Shown piece by piece: positions 34,851-46,651 of a DNA stretch of 64,000 bases. Position 1 is the first letter of the stretch. Every line of letters starts with the position of its first letter. The notes under the pieces are model-generated. The model had not been told where the DNA came from, did not search any database, and worked only from the letters and a program-made list of their open reading frames with translations. Origin of the DNA: Octopus sinensis (taxonomy: Eukaryota); contig NC_043021.1 of NCBI RefSeq assembly GCF_006345805.1, positions 19,592,001 through 19,656,000 on the forward strand, read 5' to 3'. The translations under genes and the position numbers were made by a program.

Positions 34851-37373
34851 TGTTCGGAGCATTCTGTAGGTAAAATAGACAATCGTCTATTTTACCAGCG
34901 GTCTGTATCGAGACGATTGTCTATTTTACCTACAGAATGCTCCGAACAGTATGATACAGAAGACTAAAAACAGATTAGCTACATTTTTTAAGCAGAATGG
35001 GCATGAGCCATAGTTTTCGAGACGAACTAACTAAAGCCAACTTTTTAGATGTTACCCTAAATCTGCATAACAATTCTACTTCCCTTACCATAAGCCTTCT
35101 ACTAACCTTAAATATGTCGGCATTTTCAGTAACCATACAAAAACTATCACCGATAATTTAGTTAAAAATATATCCTTAAGACTATCAAATTTATCTGCGA
35201 ATGTCAACGTTTTTAAACAAAAAGCGGAATTTTATAATGCCGCCTTGTCAAAAGCTGGTTATAGGGATAAGGTATCATATATCGACCCGGCCCATTCTAA
35301 ACTAATATTTGCTTCTCAGGATAAGAAAACTAATAACAATAGAAATAATGTAATTAATGATTTCAGCTCTAGCAACGTCGACACTAATATAATTAACAAA
35401 AATAATTTACGGACCAGGGGAGGCAATCGAAAACCAACACCAGTTCTACAACACAGAAATACTCCCTTTAATGTAAATATTAACACTCTGAGCCTTTCTA
35501 AGTCCCAAAAAAACTATATCTGGTTTATCATTCCTTTCGGGAAACAAATCAGGTCTAATCTCCCTTTACAGTTCCGTGAAGCCACAGCTAGAAACTTTCC
35601 CAGGAATTCTAGGTATTACTCTACTATAAATTCGCATAAGGTGAGAATTGCATTCTCCAACACTAGAAATCTATCGCAGATAATTGCCTCCCATAATAAT
35701 AAACTGCTAAATAAGGACTCATCACCCAGGAGTAGCAACACTGCCCTTACCAATTCTAACCTAGCATACAATAATAATAATAATAATAATATAAATAGTA
35801 TTGATATTAGCAACATTCATAGCAGCATTGGCGTTAACAATAATAATAATGATAATAATATTAGCCAGTTTATTAACAGTGGGGGTGTTAGTGGTAATAG
35901 TAACAGCATTTCTAATAACAGTTGTATTATTGATGATAACAATCACAGCATTCCTATAGTCAGAGAAATTGCCGACTATATTACAATTAATATTAATGAT
36001 AATAAGATGAATAGTATCGTGGCCAAGACTAGCAAAAATATTTACACCTATAATAACAATAAAAACTCTGTTTTAGTATCGGAAGTTAACCCCAACAGAT
36101 TAAAGTTCTTATCCAAAAATTCCAAAATTAGAAACACCATTTACCAGTGCAAAATTTCTTCTGGAACCGATGTCTTCTTCTACATTGGAGCAACTTCTAA
36201 ATTAGCCCAACGGATCTCCAATCATTATTCAACTTTCCGAGATAAGAGAAAACAACACAGCACGGGACTAAGTAAATTAGTTTGGCGTCTGAAGGACAGC
36301 AATACAACTTTCAAGCTGGAATGGTCCATATTGTCGGTGTCCTTTCTGTTTGATAAGGGCAGAAAACTTTTGTGGCATCTGTAATTCCAAACTTTTTCAT
36401 ATTTTGTTCGCCAAAGTCCCTTTAATAAATACAATCGTCGAGAGGTCATACAGGTGCATGCACTGGCAAAAATACACCTTTCACTCATATGTATAATGAT
36501 TAATATAGATAACCCCTTGAATTTTAATTAATATAACTTCCTTTTTTTATATATGTCACCCCCATAGTCATAAAAAAATTTTTTATACTTTCAAAGAACT
36601 ACTACCCAATCCAGTGAGGTTGTTGCCTTAGTTCCTCTACCTCGCCCCTCTCTTTCTCTCTCTATTTCCCTCTTTCTATAGTAAGCACAATCAAACACAC
36701 AGACACAAACATCTCACCTCACCACTGTCTATTTTCTGACATCTACCCATCCACATACACAATCACGCATACACATACATACACACACACATTAATGCAG
36801 TTATATACAGTCACACACACAGGCACTCATTCACAAAAGAAATTAACAAAATCCACCATTCATACGACCTGCACCCTTTCACCTTCCTATTCTTTTGCCT
36901 CTCTCCTCCAACTTCGTTTGAACCCTTGAACCTTTAGAACCTTCTAGATTCTTCTACTTTCAACCACTTTGACGTCACCCCTTATAAAGGAATATTTTAA
37001 AGAGACACTCATTACGGCTATGGGCTCCGTGTGAGCAATCATCTGAAAGTTTTTTGTGCATTTTGATGTTGACATAAGTTCCTTGCTTTTCCTAATGAGA
37101 AAGCGGCATAATGTACTCCTTATTCCTTCGCAATTAGGAATATGCAGCCTTCGAAACATATGTCGAAAATAAAGGAATTTTGTTAATTCGTTGTTCAGCT
37201 CCATTCTTTCATATATTTATATTTTCAAAATAAGCATACGAATTTCTACACGAAAGCAGGTAATCTATGCCCTAGGCACGTAACTTCAACCGTGTTTTTT
37301 CTGATGTGAATTTGCTACCCAGGTATCGGTTAATTCGAATTATCCTTAATAAGATAATTCATTCAACTACTCA
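34851..37373 (+). mobile_element. 5'-truncated, decayed Penelope-like element (Naiad-like), with 5' inversion and 3' HHR motif
   Basis: GLYRDD at 34900-34917, NFLDVTLNL, YHKP, SNH, ALSKAGY, IWF..PF, YIGAT, LS..VW.LK; flanked by TA-rich microsatellites; clade call from recalled motifs. Confidence 0.8.
37079..37177 (+). ncRNA. Minimal-helix-III hammerhead with a G5A core change (probably inactive)
   Basis: Stem I TTCCTTgcTTTTC/GAAAAtaAAGGAA; CTAATGA; 12-bp stem II with 2 mismatches; GAAA-C(ATAT)G-TC. Confidence 0.72.
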
Positions 37374-37374
37374 T

Positions 37375-37393
37375 ATATATATATGTATGAATG

Positions 37394-37425
<32 letters not shown>

Positions 37426-37465
37426 TATATATATATATATGTATGTATGTATATATATATATGTG

Positions 37466-37508
<43 letters not shown>

Positions 37509-37925
37509 GTATGTATGTATGTATGTATATGTATGTATGTATGTATATATATATATGTATGTATGTATATATATATATGTATGTATATATGTATGTATTT
37601 ATGTATGTATATATATATAGTATGTATGTATATATATGTATGTATGTATATATGTATGTATGTATATATGTATGTATGTATATATATATGTATGTATATA
37701 TAATATATGTATGTATATATGTATGTATGTATATATATATGTATGTATGTATATATATATGTATGTATATAATATATGTATGTATGTATATATATGTATG
37801 TATGTATATATATATGTATGATATATATATGTATGTATGATATATATATATGTAGGTATGTATATATATATATATGTAGGTATGTATGTATATATATAGT
37901 TATGTATGTATATAATATATGTATG
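37375..37925. repeat. (TA)/(TATG) compound microsatellite; similar tracts at 21212-21450, 38680-39062 and 63790-63940
   Basis: Read directly. Confidence 0.95.
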
Positions 37926-37927
37926 TA

Positions 37928-38500
37928 TCATCATCATCATCATCATCATTTAACGTCCGCTTTCCATGCTAGCATGGGTTGGACGGTTCAACTGGGGTCT
38001 GGGAGCCCGAAAGCTGCACCAGCCAGTCAGATATGGCATGTTTCTACAGCTGGATGCCCTTCCTAACGCCAACCACTCCGAGAGTGTAGTGGGTGATTTT
38101 ATGTGCCACCGACACAGGTGCCAGACGAGGCTGACAAACGGCCACGCTCGGATGGGTTTTTTATGTGCCACCGACACAGGTGCCAGACGAGGCTGGCAGA
38201 CGCCCCACGTCGGATGGTGTTTTTATGTGCCACCGACACAGGTGCCAGACGAGGCTGGCAGACGGCCACGCTCGGATGGTGTTTTTATGTGCCACCGAAC
38301 ACAGGGCCAGACGAGGCTGGCAGACGGCCACGCTCGGATGGTGTTTTTATGTGCCACCGACACAGGTGCCAGATGAGGCTGGCAAACGGCCACGATCGGA
38401 TGGTGCTTGTTACGTGCCCACAGCACGGAGGCCAGTCGATGCGGTACTGGCTACGGCCACGTTCGGATGGTTTTCTTATGTACCACGTGCCACCGGCACT
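37928..38500 (-). mobile_element. SINE-like family D with (GAT)n tail and internal tandem units, representative copy
   Basis: Copies ~3898-4220, 8812-9000, 31633-32010, 45718-46150, 57925-58215; several adjoin RTE 3' ends. Confidence 0.75.
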
Positions 38501-38690
38501 GGTACACAAAGATACAATTCCATTGATGTTCATCTATTTTGATTTGTTTGTTTGATTTGATTTGATTTGATTTTCACTTGCCTCAACAGGTCTTCACAAG
38601 TGTCACAAGAAGGGGTATGCACAGGTGGACTGACTACGTCCCAGGTAGGGGCCATGGGTTATGGCCTGACTAGTCTTGTATATATATATG

Positions 38691-38722
<32 letters not shown>

Positions 38723-39532
38723 TATGTATGTATATATATATATGTAGTAATATATATATGTATGTATGTATATATATGTATGTATGTATATATATATGTA
38801 TGTAATGTATATGTATGTATGTATATATATATGTATGTATGTATATATGTATATATATGTTATATATGTATGTAAATATATGTATATATATGTATGTATA
38901 TATATGTATATATATGTATGTATATATATGTATAATATGTATGTTATATCTATATATATATATGTAGGATATATATATATGTGTGTATGTATGTATTATA
39001 TATATATATATGTATGTATATATATATATGTGTGTATGTATGTATATATATATATATATAATAGAGAGAGAGAGAGAGAGAACAAAGTGTACATATATAT
39101 AAATAAAATACAAAATGGGACAAGAACGCAAAACATCCAGACAACTAGGAGATACAAAAAGGGACAACAAAACATCCAGATAGATGATACAAAAAAAACA
39201 AGGACGGGTCATTTCAAACTTTCTATCCTCAGTCAAGAACCGGATCATCCTCGCAATTTCGGCTGGTTAATCTTGAGATTGCTCCAATTTGGCCAGCCCC
39301 AAGGAAAAACTAAGCTAAGAGCATTAGATTCCTTGGAAGAAAGTATCGAATTTATACAAAAACAAGGACGGAAAAACAGACAATGTTACACAAATATAAA
39401 TACAATAAATACAAATATAAAAATAATTAAAAAATAATAAAAATAATAACATTCTGAATGTTTTGTTGTCCCTTTTTGTATCACCTAGTTGTCCGGATGT
39501 TTTACGTTCTTGTCCCATTTTGTATTTTAGTT

Positions 39533-39564
<32 letters not shown>

Positions 39565-39585
39565 CATGCATGCATGCTAATAAAG

Positions 39586-39815
39586 GCGGCGAGCTGCCAG
39601 AAACGTTAGCACGCTGGGCGAAATGCGTTGCCGTATTTCGTCTGCCGTTACGTTACGAGTTCAAATTCCGCCGAGGTTGACTTTGCCTTCCATCCTTCCG
39701 GGATCGATAAATTAAGTACCAGTTACGCACTGGGGTCGATGTAATCGACTTAATCCGTTTGTCTGTCCTTGTTTGTCCCCTCTGTGTTTAGCCCCTTGTG
39801 GGTAGTAAAGAAATA
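39586..39815 (+). mobile_element. tRNA-like-head SINE family A (ggcgagctggcagaaacgttagc...aaagaaata), representative copy
   Basis: Other copies ~1618-2032, 5048-5282, 7780-8015(-), 21861-22091(-), 22560-22782(-), 42975-43190, 55670-56200(-), 59851-60450(-), 61258-61468(-), 62125-62516(-). Confidence 0.85.
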
Positions 39816-39873
39816 TAAATATATATATATATATATATATACGCACTCATATAAAATATATTTTTCATCTCAG

Positions 39874-39990
39874 GTTTTAGATTTGGCTGCCAACATTTAC
39901 CAGCAAATTCCTGAAGACATTGATTACGAAAGGACCAAAGTGATTCTATCAGTTGATATGTCACCCCTGGCTGTTGTCTTATTGCAGGAA
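39874..39990 (+). CDS. DNAH2: DNAH2-like exon 14 (VLDLAANIYQQIPEDID...VVLLQE)
   Basis: cag/gtaagt boundaries, 117 bp. Confidence 0.95.
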
Positions 39991-40283
39991 GTAAGTAAAA
40001 CAAGTTGTTCGGGTTTTTTTTGGAGGGGGGGGAGTCCTATTTCACCTCTTTTTTTCCAGTCATCTCACCATGTTCGACCTTTGAACTCTGCACATTTTTC
40101 TCTCTCCTGTTTTTTTTTCATTCTCTCTCAATTCTTTTTTCCCCTCTTATTCCTTTCTGTTAAAGATCAGAGACTCGAAACATAAAAGACTTTTCCATTC
40201 TTCCCGAGCATTAAACTAATACACCTGCTTGTTGTTCCCTCACCTGTCTTCGTCTTATGTTTTCTGTAAACTTGAACTCTGTT

Positions 40284-40318
<35 letters not shown>

Positions 40319-40686
40319 ACGATAATATTTCCAACCAATATATTACAACTGTATCTGATTGTTTAAATGCTTCGATTTTGTGTCGGGACATAAACTTGCT
40401 CGATTGCTGACATTTATCAATGTTTTCACTCATACTCTCTAGCTATCCATCTATCTGTCTATGTTTGTATCTGTCTGTTTATCCTTCCCTCCCTCCCTCC
40501 ATCTATTTATCTATCTATCTATATATCCATCTATCTATTTATCTACCTATCTATTTGTTTGTCTATCTAGCTATTTATATGTTTGTGTGTGCGTGTGTGT
40601 GTCTATCTATCTATCCATCCATCTATTTATCTATCTATATATCTATTTATATATTCGTATGTGCATGTGTCTGCCTGTCTACCTAC

Positions 40687-40725
<39 letters not shown>

Positions 40726-40759
40726 CCTATCTATTCTATCTATCTATCTGTCTCTGCAG

Positions 40760-40909
40760 ATCCAACGTTACAATGAACTGCTAGAACAAATGAGGTTGTC
40801 TCTGAAGGCCCTCGAGAAAGGTATCCAAGGTCTTGTTGTGATGACCTTTGAACTAGAAATGATATTCAACTGTATTTTTGATGGCCGTGTCCCTCCAAGT
40901 TGGGAAAAG
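40760..40909 (+). CDS. DNAH2: DNAH2-like exon 15 (IQRYNELL...GRVPPSWEK)
   Basis: cag/gtaagc boundaries, 150 bp. Confidence 0.95.
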
Positions 40910-41185
40910 GTAAGCCAAAACCTAATTGTAACACGTTTTTCTTTCCAAGGCATTCTTTTATGACTATTAAGTGTCTCTGCCAGTGATGGGCAAACTGCAG
41001 CCCTCAGGACTTCCATCTGACACACCTAATGAAAAATTACCTGGAATTTTTTTTAGTAGTGCTGTCCACCTAACGATGATTCATACCTGGCCTGCATTGT
41101 TGTTTATTTTTGTGCAGGTGGGGGTGGAGATTGCTTTGTTTATGATCTTTTTTTACAGAAGTTAAAGACCTCAAATTTAACTGGC

Positions 41186-41220
<35 letters not shown>

Positions 41221-41224
41221 GAGA

Positions 41225-41520
41225 CAGATGAGTGACAACCTGGCCACTGGTGGTGGTGTTACACACCATACTAATCATATCTGTCGGGCATGTGGAAGAG
41301 AGTGTAATTCGGCCGGAGGACTTAAACGACATGCAAAGGTACATGAAGCCCAGTTACAACTACAGCCGGCTACTGCCGGTAAAGGTTTTAGTTGCCAATT
41401 CTGTACAAGACATTGTAGATCTTTAGCAGGGCTAAAAAGTCACATTCGATCACAGCACCAATAACAGTTAAGCTTCGTGCTATGGCCATACTCGATAATG
41501 AGGGGGCAGCCATCATATAT
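41225..41520 (+). mobile_element. LINE (probably RTE-like) 3' end encoding two C2H2 fingers
   Basis: CRACGRECNSAGGLKRHAKVH and CQFCTRHCRSLAGLKSHIRSQH*, short 3' UTR, (TA)n flanks, no splice context. Confidence 0.6.
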
Positions 41521-42493
41521 ATATATATGTTTATATGTGTATATATATTAGGTTGTCCCAAAAGTTCGTAAACACTTGCGAAAATTGAATTTTTACTCGC
41601 CAAGTACTAACAAAAACAACAAAAATTATTCCTCAAAATAAAGACCATTATTTTCCAAGACTTTCTACGAACTTTTGGGACAACCTTATATATATGTATA
41701 TGTATATACATGTGTGTATATATGTATATATATTTTATTTTTTTTAAACGAAAAAGCATGTGTGTTTTCTGCAATGATTTGAGAAGTGGTGACAAATTAC
41801 AATTCCGTAATCATCATTTAACATCCGCTTCCCATGCTGGCATTGGTTGGTCTGTTTATCCAGGGCTGGTAAGCTAAGGGACTGCACCAGACTCCAGTCT
41901 GATTTGGCATGGTTTGTATGGATGGACACCCTTCCTAACGCTAACCCCACTCCAAGAGTGTAATGGGTGCTTTTGTATGCCACTGGCACAGGTGCCAGCT
42001 GTGTGACACCAGTATCTGCCATGACTACAATTTCACTGGGCTTCATGGGTCTTCTTCTCAAGCACAGCATATTGCAAAAAGTCTCAGGTCATTTGTCATT
42101 GCTGCCCATGAGGCCCAGCACTCAAAAGGTGCTTGTCTTGAATTAAAAATTCTTTATTGCCCACGAGGGGCTAAACACAGAGAGGACAAACAAGGACAGA
42201 CAAACGGATTAAGTCGATTATATCGACCCCAGTGCATAACTGGTACTTATCTAATCGACCCCGAAAGGAAGAAAGGCAAAGACTTGTCTTGAATTAATCA
42301 TGCATTATCTCACAGCTTTGAAATTTCTAAGATGGGATCATTTAGCTTTAGAATGACAATGTAGGATAAGTGTGAGAGGCCAGATCTGACCAGTTTCAAC
42401 ATAAAGCAGCAGGTAGGATATTTGGGGCCAGACATGGCTAGTTTAAAATGTTCAAGTCTCAAAATAGCTTTTGGTATTGTCATTTTTTTGCAG

Positions 42494-42670
42494 GCTTACC
42501 CCAGCTTAAAACCACTCTCTGCATGGACTCGGGACCTTGTGTTCCGTATTGAGCAGCTAAACAAGTGGGCACAAACAGCACGTCCTCCAACTATATTTTG
42601 GCTGTCGGGGTTCACTTTCCCGACCGGGTTTTTAACTGCAGTCCTCCAGACATCTGCCAGGCAAAACAAT
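42494..42670 (+). CDS. DNAH2: DNAH2-like exon 16 (AYPSLKPLSAWTRDL...FWLSGFTFPTGFLTAVLQ...)
   Basis: cag/gtaagt boundaries; YPSLKPL and FWLSGF motifs. Confidence 0.96.
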
Positions 42671-42814
42671 GTAAGTTCCTTCCTTATGACTATATTTGCA
42701 GAGGTACACATACACACACGCACAAACACAGAGGCATGCACACACACACACACTCTCTCTCTCTCTCTCTATCCACTATTCCACTAGATTTACCAAACGT
42801 CATTTTGTTTGCAG

Positions 42815-42889
42815 ATTTCTGTTGATTTGCTGTCGTGGGATTTTACAGTTATGACGGTCGGGGATTCCAATATCACAGGACCTCCCAAG
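42815..42889 (+). CDS. DNAH2: DNAH2-like exon 17 (ISVDLLSWDFTVMTVGDSNITGPPK)
   Basis: cag/gtatgt boundaries, 75 bp, phase 0. Confidence 0.92.
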
Positions 42890-42912
42890 GTATGTAATGG
42901 ATGCCTATATTC

Positions 42913-42945
<33 letters not shown>

Positions 42946-43559
42946 GTTGTTATTATTATTAAAGAACACAAACTGACAGAATCGTTAGCACACCAGGTAA
43001 AGTGCTTAGCTGTATTTCGTCTGCCACTACGTTATAAGTTCAAATTCCACCAAGGTCGACTTTGCCTTTCATCCTTTCGGGGTTCATAAATTAAGTACCA
43101 GTGAAACACTGGTATCTATGTTATTGACTAGTCTCCTCCCACAAAATTCCAGGCCTTGTGCCTATAGTAGAAAGGATTATCTCCAGCTTAGCGAAGGCAG
43201 AAGTATTGTTTTCATTTGTGTTTGTTTGTTTGTCCATGGACAAGATATCTCAAGAACCGCTGGATGGATTCAGATGAAACTTTCAGGGATGTTTGGCCTT
43301 GTGACTGGCACGAACTGATTAGATTTTAGGATTGATCTGGTACCAGACAAGGATTCTAGATTATTTTTTTATATTGCTATTTACTTCTCTTGTCTTGTAG
43401 ATATATATATATATCCTTGTCTTTTTCTGTGTATCTTTCTGTCGAAGAGCGTAGGCTTGAAACGTAAAAGACTTTTTCTATTCCTGAGCACTATACTAAT
43501 ACATTTGTTTGTTTGTACACCACCTGCCTTCATCTTTTGTTTATTTTCGTAAACTTTCC

Positions 43560-43609
<50 letters not shown>

Positions 43610-43946
43610 GACTGGCCTGGTGCAGCCTCCGGGCTTCCCAGACCCCAGTTGAACCGTCCAACCCATGCTAGCATGGAAAGCAGACGTTAAACGATGATGA
43701 TGATATATATATATATATATATATATCCTTTAAAATCACCTGGTTGTGTCAATAAAGTATCTCCTCTGTTTATTATTTAAGTCTACAGCGATTCATCTAA
43801 TGTTGGAGTGGAAAATGTCACATGACAGAATCCTGTCCACTGATTGGATGGCACTTAATAAACAACGTTTTGTGTCATCGAGACAACTAGAGTTGTCTCA
43901 CCACCTCCTTCTCATCCTTTTTCTTCTCACTCCACCTCTTCTTCAG

Positions 43947-44097
43947 GACGGTGTTTATGTGAAGGGGTTATATTTGCAAGGAGCCGGATGGGACCAGAGA
44001 AATGCCTGTCTCGTTGAAGCTTTGCCCATTCAGTTAGTATGTCCAATGCCGTCGATTCACTTTAAACCAGTAGAAAATAAGAAAAAGAGCTTAAAAG
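43947..44097 (+). CDS. DNAH2: DNAH2-like exon 18 (DGVYVKGLYLQGAGWD...KKSLK)
   Basis: cag/gtgaat boundaries; GLYLxGAGWD motif. Confidence 0.95.
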
Positions 44098-44310
44098 GTG
44101 AATATCTTGATTTTTTTCTTTTTAAATTCCTTCATGTATATACCTCATTAGTATTCATGCCTCATTAATATTCAAAGTGATACCCTTAAAGCCAGAAACT
44201 TTTCAGCAACCCCTCCCCTCGTATATTAATTACTAACTTTGTTATGGCAATTAATTAAATAACGATAATTAGTTGCTCTGTCTCTCATGCCTAATGTGAT
44301 TTCTTTGCAG

Positions 44311-44465
44311 GGATCTACACGTGTCCTTGTTATTATTATCCGAACCGTGCTGGCACCTCTGATCGAACATCCTTCATCATACCAATTGATCTGAAAGCTG
44401 GAGACAGTTCACCTGACCATTGGACAAAAAGGGGCACAGCCCTCTTGATGAGTCTGGATTATTAA
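44311..44465 (+). CDS. DNAH2: DNAH2-like terminal exon (GIYTCPCYYYPNRAG...DHWTKRGTALLMSLDY*)
   Basis: cag acceptor; C-terminal CPCYYYPNR and HWxKRGTALL resemble the DNAH2 C-terminus as recalled; TAA at 44463-44465. Confidence 0.95.
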
Positions 44466-45018
44466 GTGAGATTAACGAGGAATTTTATTACATAACTAAT
44501 TATTTCTAATCAGTTTATACTTATAAAGGATCTAATTATTCTTAATTATGGAGTGGTTGTTGCTTAAGCCTCCCTCCTAAGTTGGCCCCTTATCAAGCAG
44601 ATTTATGCTGAGAAGCATTCCAGGCCCTCCAGCCATGACCATCCCACTTTACTTTTCGGATAAAGTGCACCCAGGATTATATCCAATGTGGATTGACTGC
44701 TTTTTCTAGCAACCTTAACAACCATGTCAAGGCTCACCTACTGGTTTCTATCATTCATGGCTGACTGAGATAGTTTTTAAAAAAAGAAAAAAAAAAGAAA
44801 AAACACGTTTATAAAGAGATTTCATAATTTATGAAAATTTTGTAAACAAAAAAAAAAAAATGTTAATTCCAGAGTCATTTGCCAAGTGAATGAATTTGGG
44901 GTAACGGGTGGGTGAAAACAATTGCATCATAGTAAAGCCAGTGTGTGTGTGTTTAATATCTATGATGATATATTCAATTTGTTACTAATATTTTGTAATT
45001 ATAATGATATTAATTTTA

Positions 45019-45024
45019 AATAAA
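45019..45024 (+). terminator. Candidate polyadenylation signal of the dynein gene
   Basis: AATAAA ~550 bp after the stop, followed by GT/T-rich sequence. Confidence 0.55.
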
Positions 45025-45573
45025 GTGTTTTGTTATATCTAAACCTGGTTGCCTATGTTTCAGTCTCTTAGATTAAGATATTTCATCTGAAAAGATTGTG
45101 TCAAGATGCTCTCTCTCCAGTTATCTTTATATATAAAAGTGAAGTTGTGTGTCTGTCTCCTACGATTTAGATTCCTTACTCCCACATTTTGCGGTGCAGT
45201 TTAACCAAAACCGGGTATCTTATAGTCGTGATTCATATCGAGCCCTTCTGGGTATTAGCGCGCGTCTACGATGAGTCTATGATTTTAAAAAAATTTACCA
45301 TCATTTTTTTCCATTTTAATGCATTTTTTCGCTATTATATAAGGGAAGTAACTCTCTAAAAATGTCTACGATGAGTCAACGATTTTTTAAAAAATTTACC
45401 ATCATTTTTTTTGCTATTTTTTGGCTATAACTCTCTAAAAATGCTTATATAGTTATTTCCCTTACAAACCCGAGCAACACCAGGCGATACTGCTAGTAAT
45501 GTAACAAGTTTCTGTCTTAGGCACAAAGCCAGAAGTTTTGAGGTGACGGAAGGTGTCGTCAGTCAATACTATA

Positions 45574-46403
45574 CAGGGTGGCCGAAAAGCAGGTTTACAG
45601 GTATCATGTAAGCACTTTAAATTTCTTTTAAAGCATTTTATTACATTTAAATTTCTATGTTACAAACTGAAAAGGGAGCTTGAGAAAATTAACTAAATTA
45701 GCATAGAATAATGGTTTCATCATCATCATCGTTTAACGTCCACTTTCCATGCTGGCATGGGTTGGACGATTTGACTGAGGTCTGGCGAACCAGATGGCTG
45801 CACCAGGCTCCAATCTTGATGTGGCAGGGTTTCTACAGCTGGATGCCCTTCATAACGCCAACCACTCCAAGAGTGCAGTGGGTGCTTTTACATGCCACCG
45901 GTACGAGGGCCAGTCAGGTGGTACTAGCAACGGCCACACTCAAGTGGTGCTTTTTATGTGCAGCACTGGCAGTGACCTCGCTCGAATGTTTCTTCATGTG
46001 CCACCAGCACAAGAGCCAGTAAGGCGACGCAGGTAACGATCATGCTCGAATGGTGGTTTTACGTGCCACCGGCACAGAGGCTAGCTTGTTGCTCTGACAA
46101 CGATCATGCTCGTATGGTACCCTTAGCGCTCCACTAGCACAGATGCAAGTCATCAAATTTGATTTCACTTGCCTCAACGAGTTTAGTGTCCAATGAAGGA
46201 AAGGCATGCATAATTGGGCTGATTACACCCCCTAACATAGGGCACAAGGTTTATGGTCTCACTTGAGCTTGCCGAGTCTTCTCAAGCACAGCATATTTCC
46301 AAAGGTCCCGGTCACTAGTCATTGCCTCTAATATCTAAACTGTTAATATATGAACGCAAAAGAGATAGTTGAATAGCTGTAAACCTACTTTTGGGCCACC
46401 CTG
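45574..46403. mobile_element. Tc1/mariner-type MITE with nested SINE
   Basis: 27-bp terminal inverted repeats (CAGGGTGGCC...GGTTTACAG), TA on both sides. Confidence 0.85.
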
Positions 46404-46604
46404 TATGTGTATGCATGTATATATATATATATATGTAGAATGGTTGTATACTGTCAATCTAACGTGAACGTGACTGTAGGGGGTTACACCACCACTGTTT
46501 AGCCTTAGGAAGCATTGACGCTTCCTGCTGGCTTCGACACATTATTCCTGTGCACTTATATATTTACGAAGGGGAGACAAATACCCCCAGCAGCCAGGCC
46601 TGCA

Positions 46605-46651
46605 TCTAGAGACACGCATGTTTCAGGGTCTTTGCCCATCATCGGTCTAGA
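46605..46651 (-). ncRNA. Second copy of the CCGAUGA hammerhead
   Basis: Same as 1271-1317 except one stem II mismatch. Confidence 0.65.

Noticed and set aside
39220-39275. CTGAGGA...GAAA...GTC on - as a hammerhead
   Set aside because: Stems I and II do not pair convincingly
37306-39437. YIYI/MYVC-rich ORFs (also 21012-21579, 63743-63984)
   Set aside because: Microsatellite translations
41207-41464. Possible host C2H2 zinc-finger gene
   Set aside because: No start or splice context, LINE-like tail and TA flanks; better explained as a retroelement 3' end
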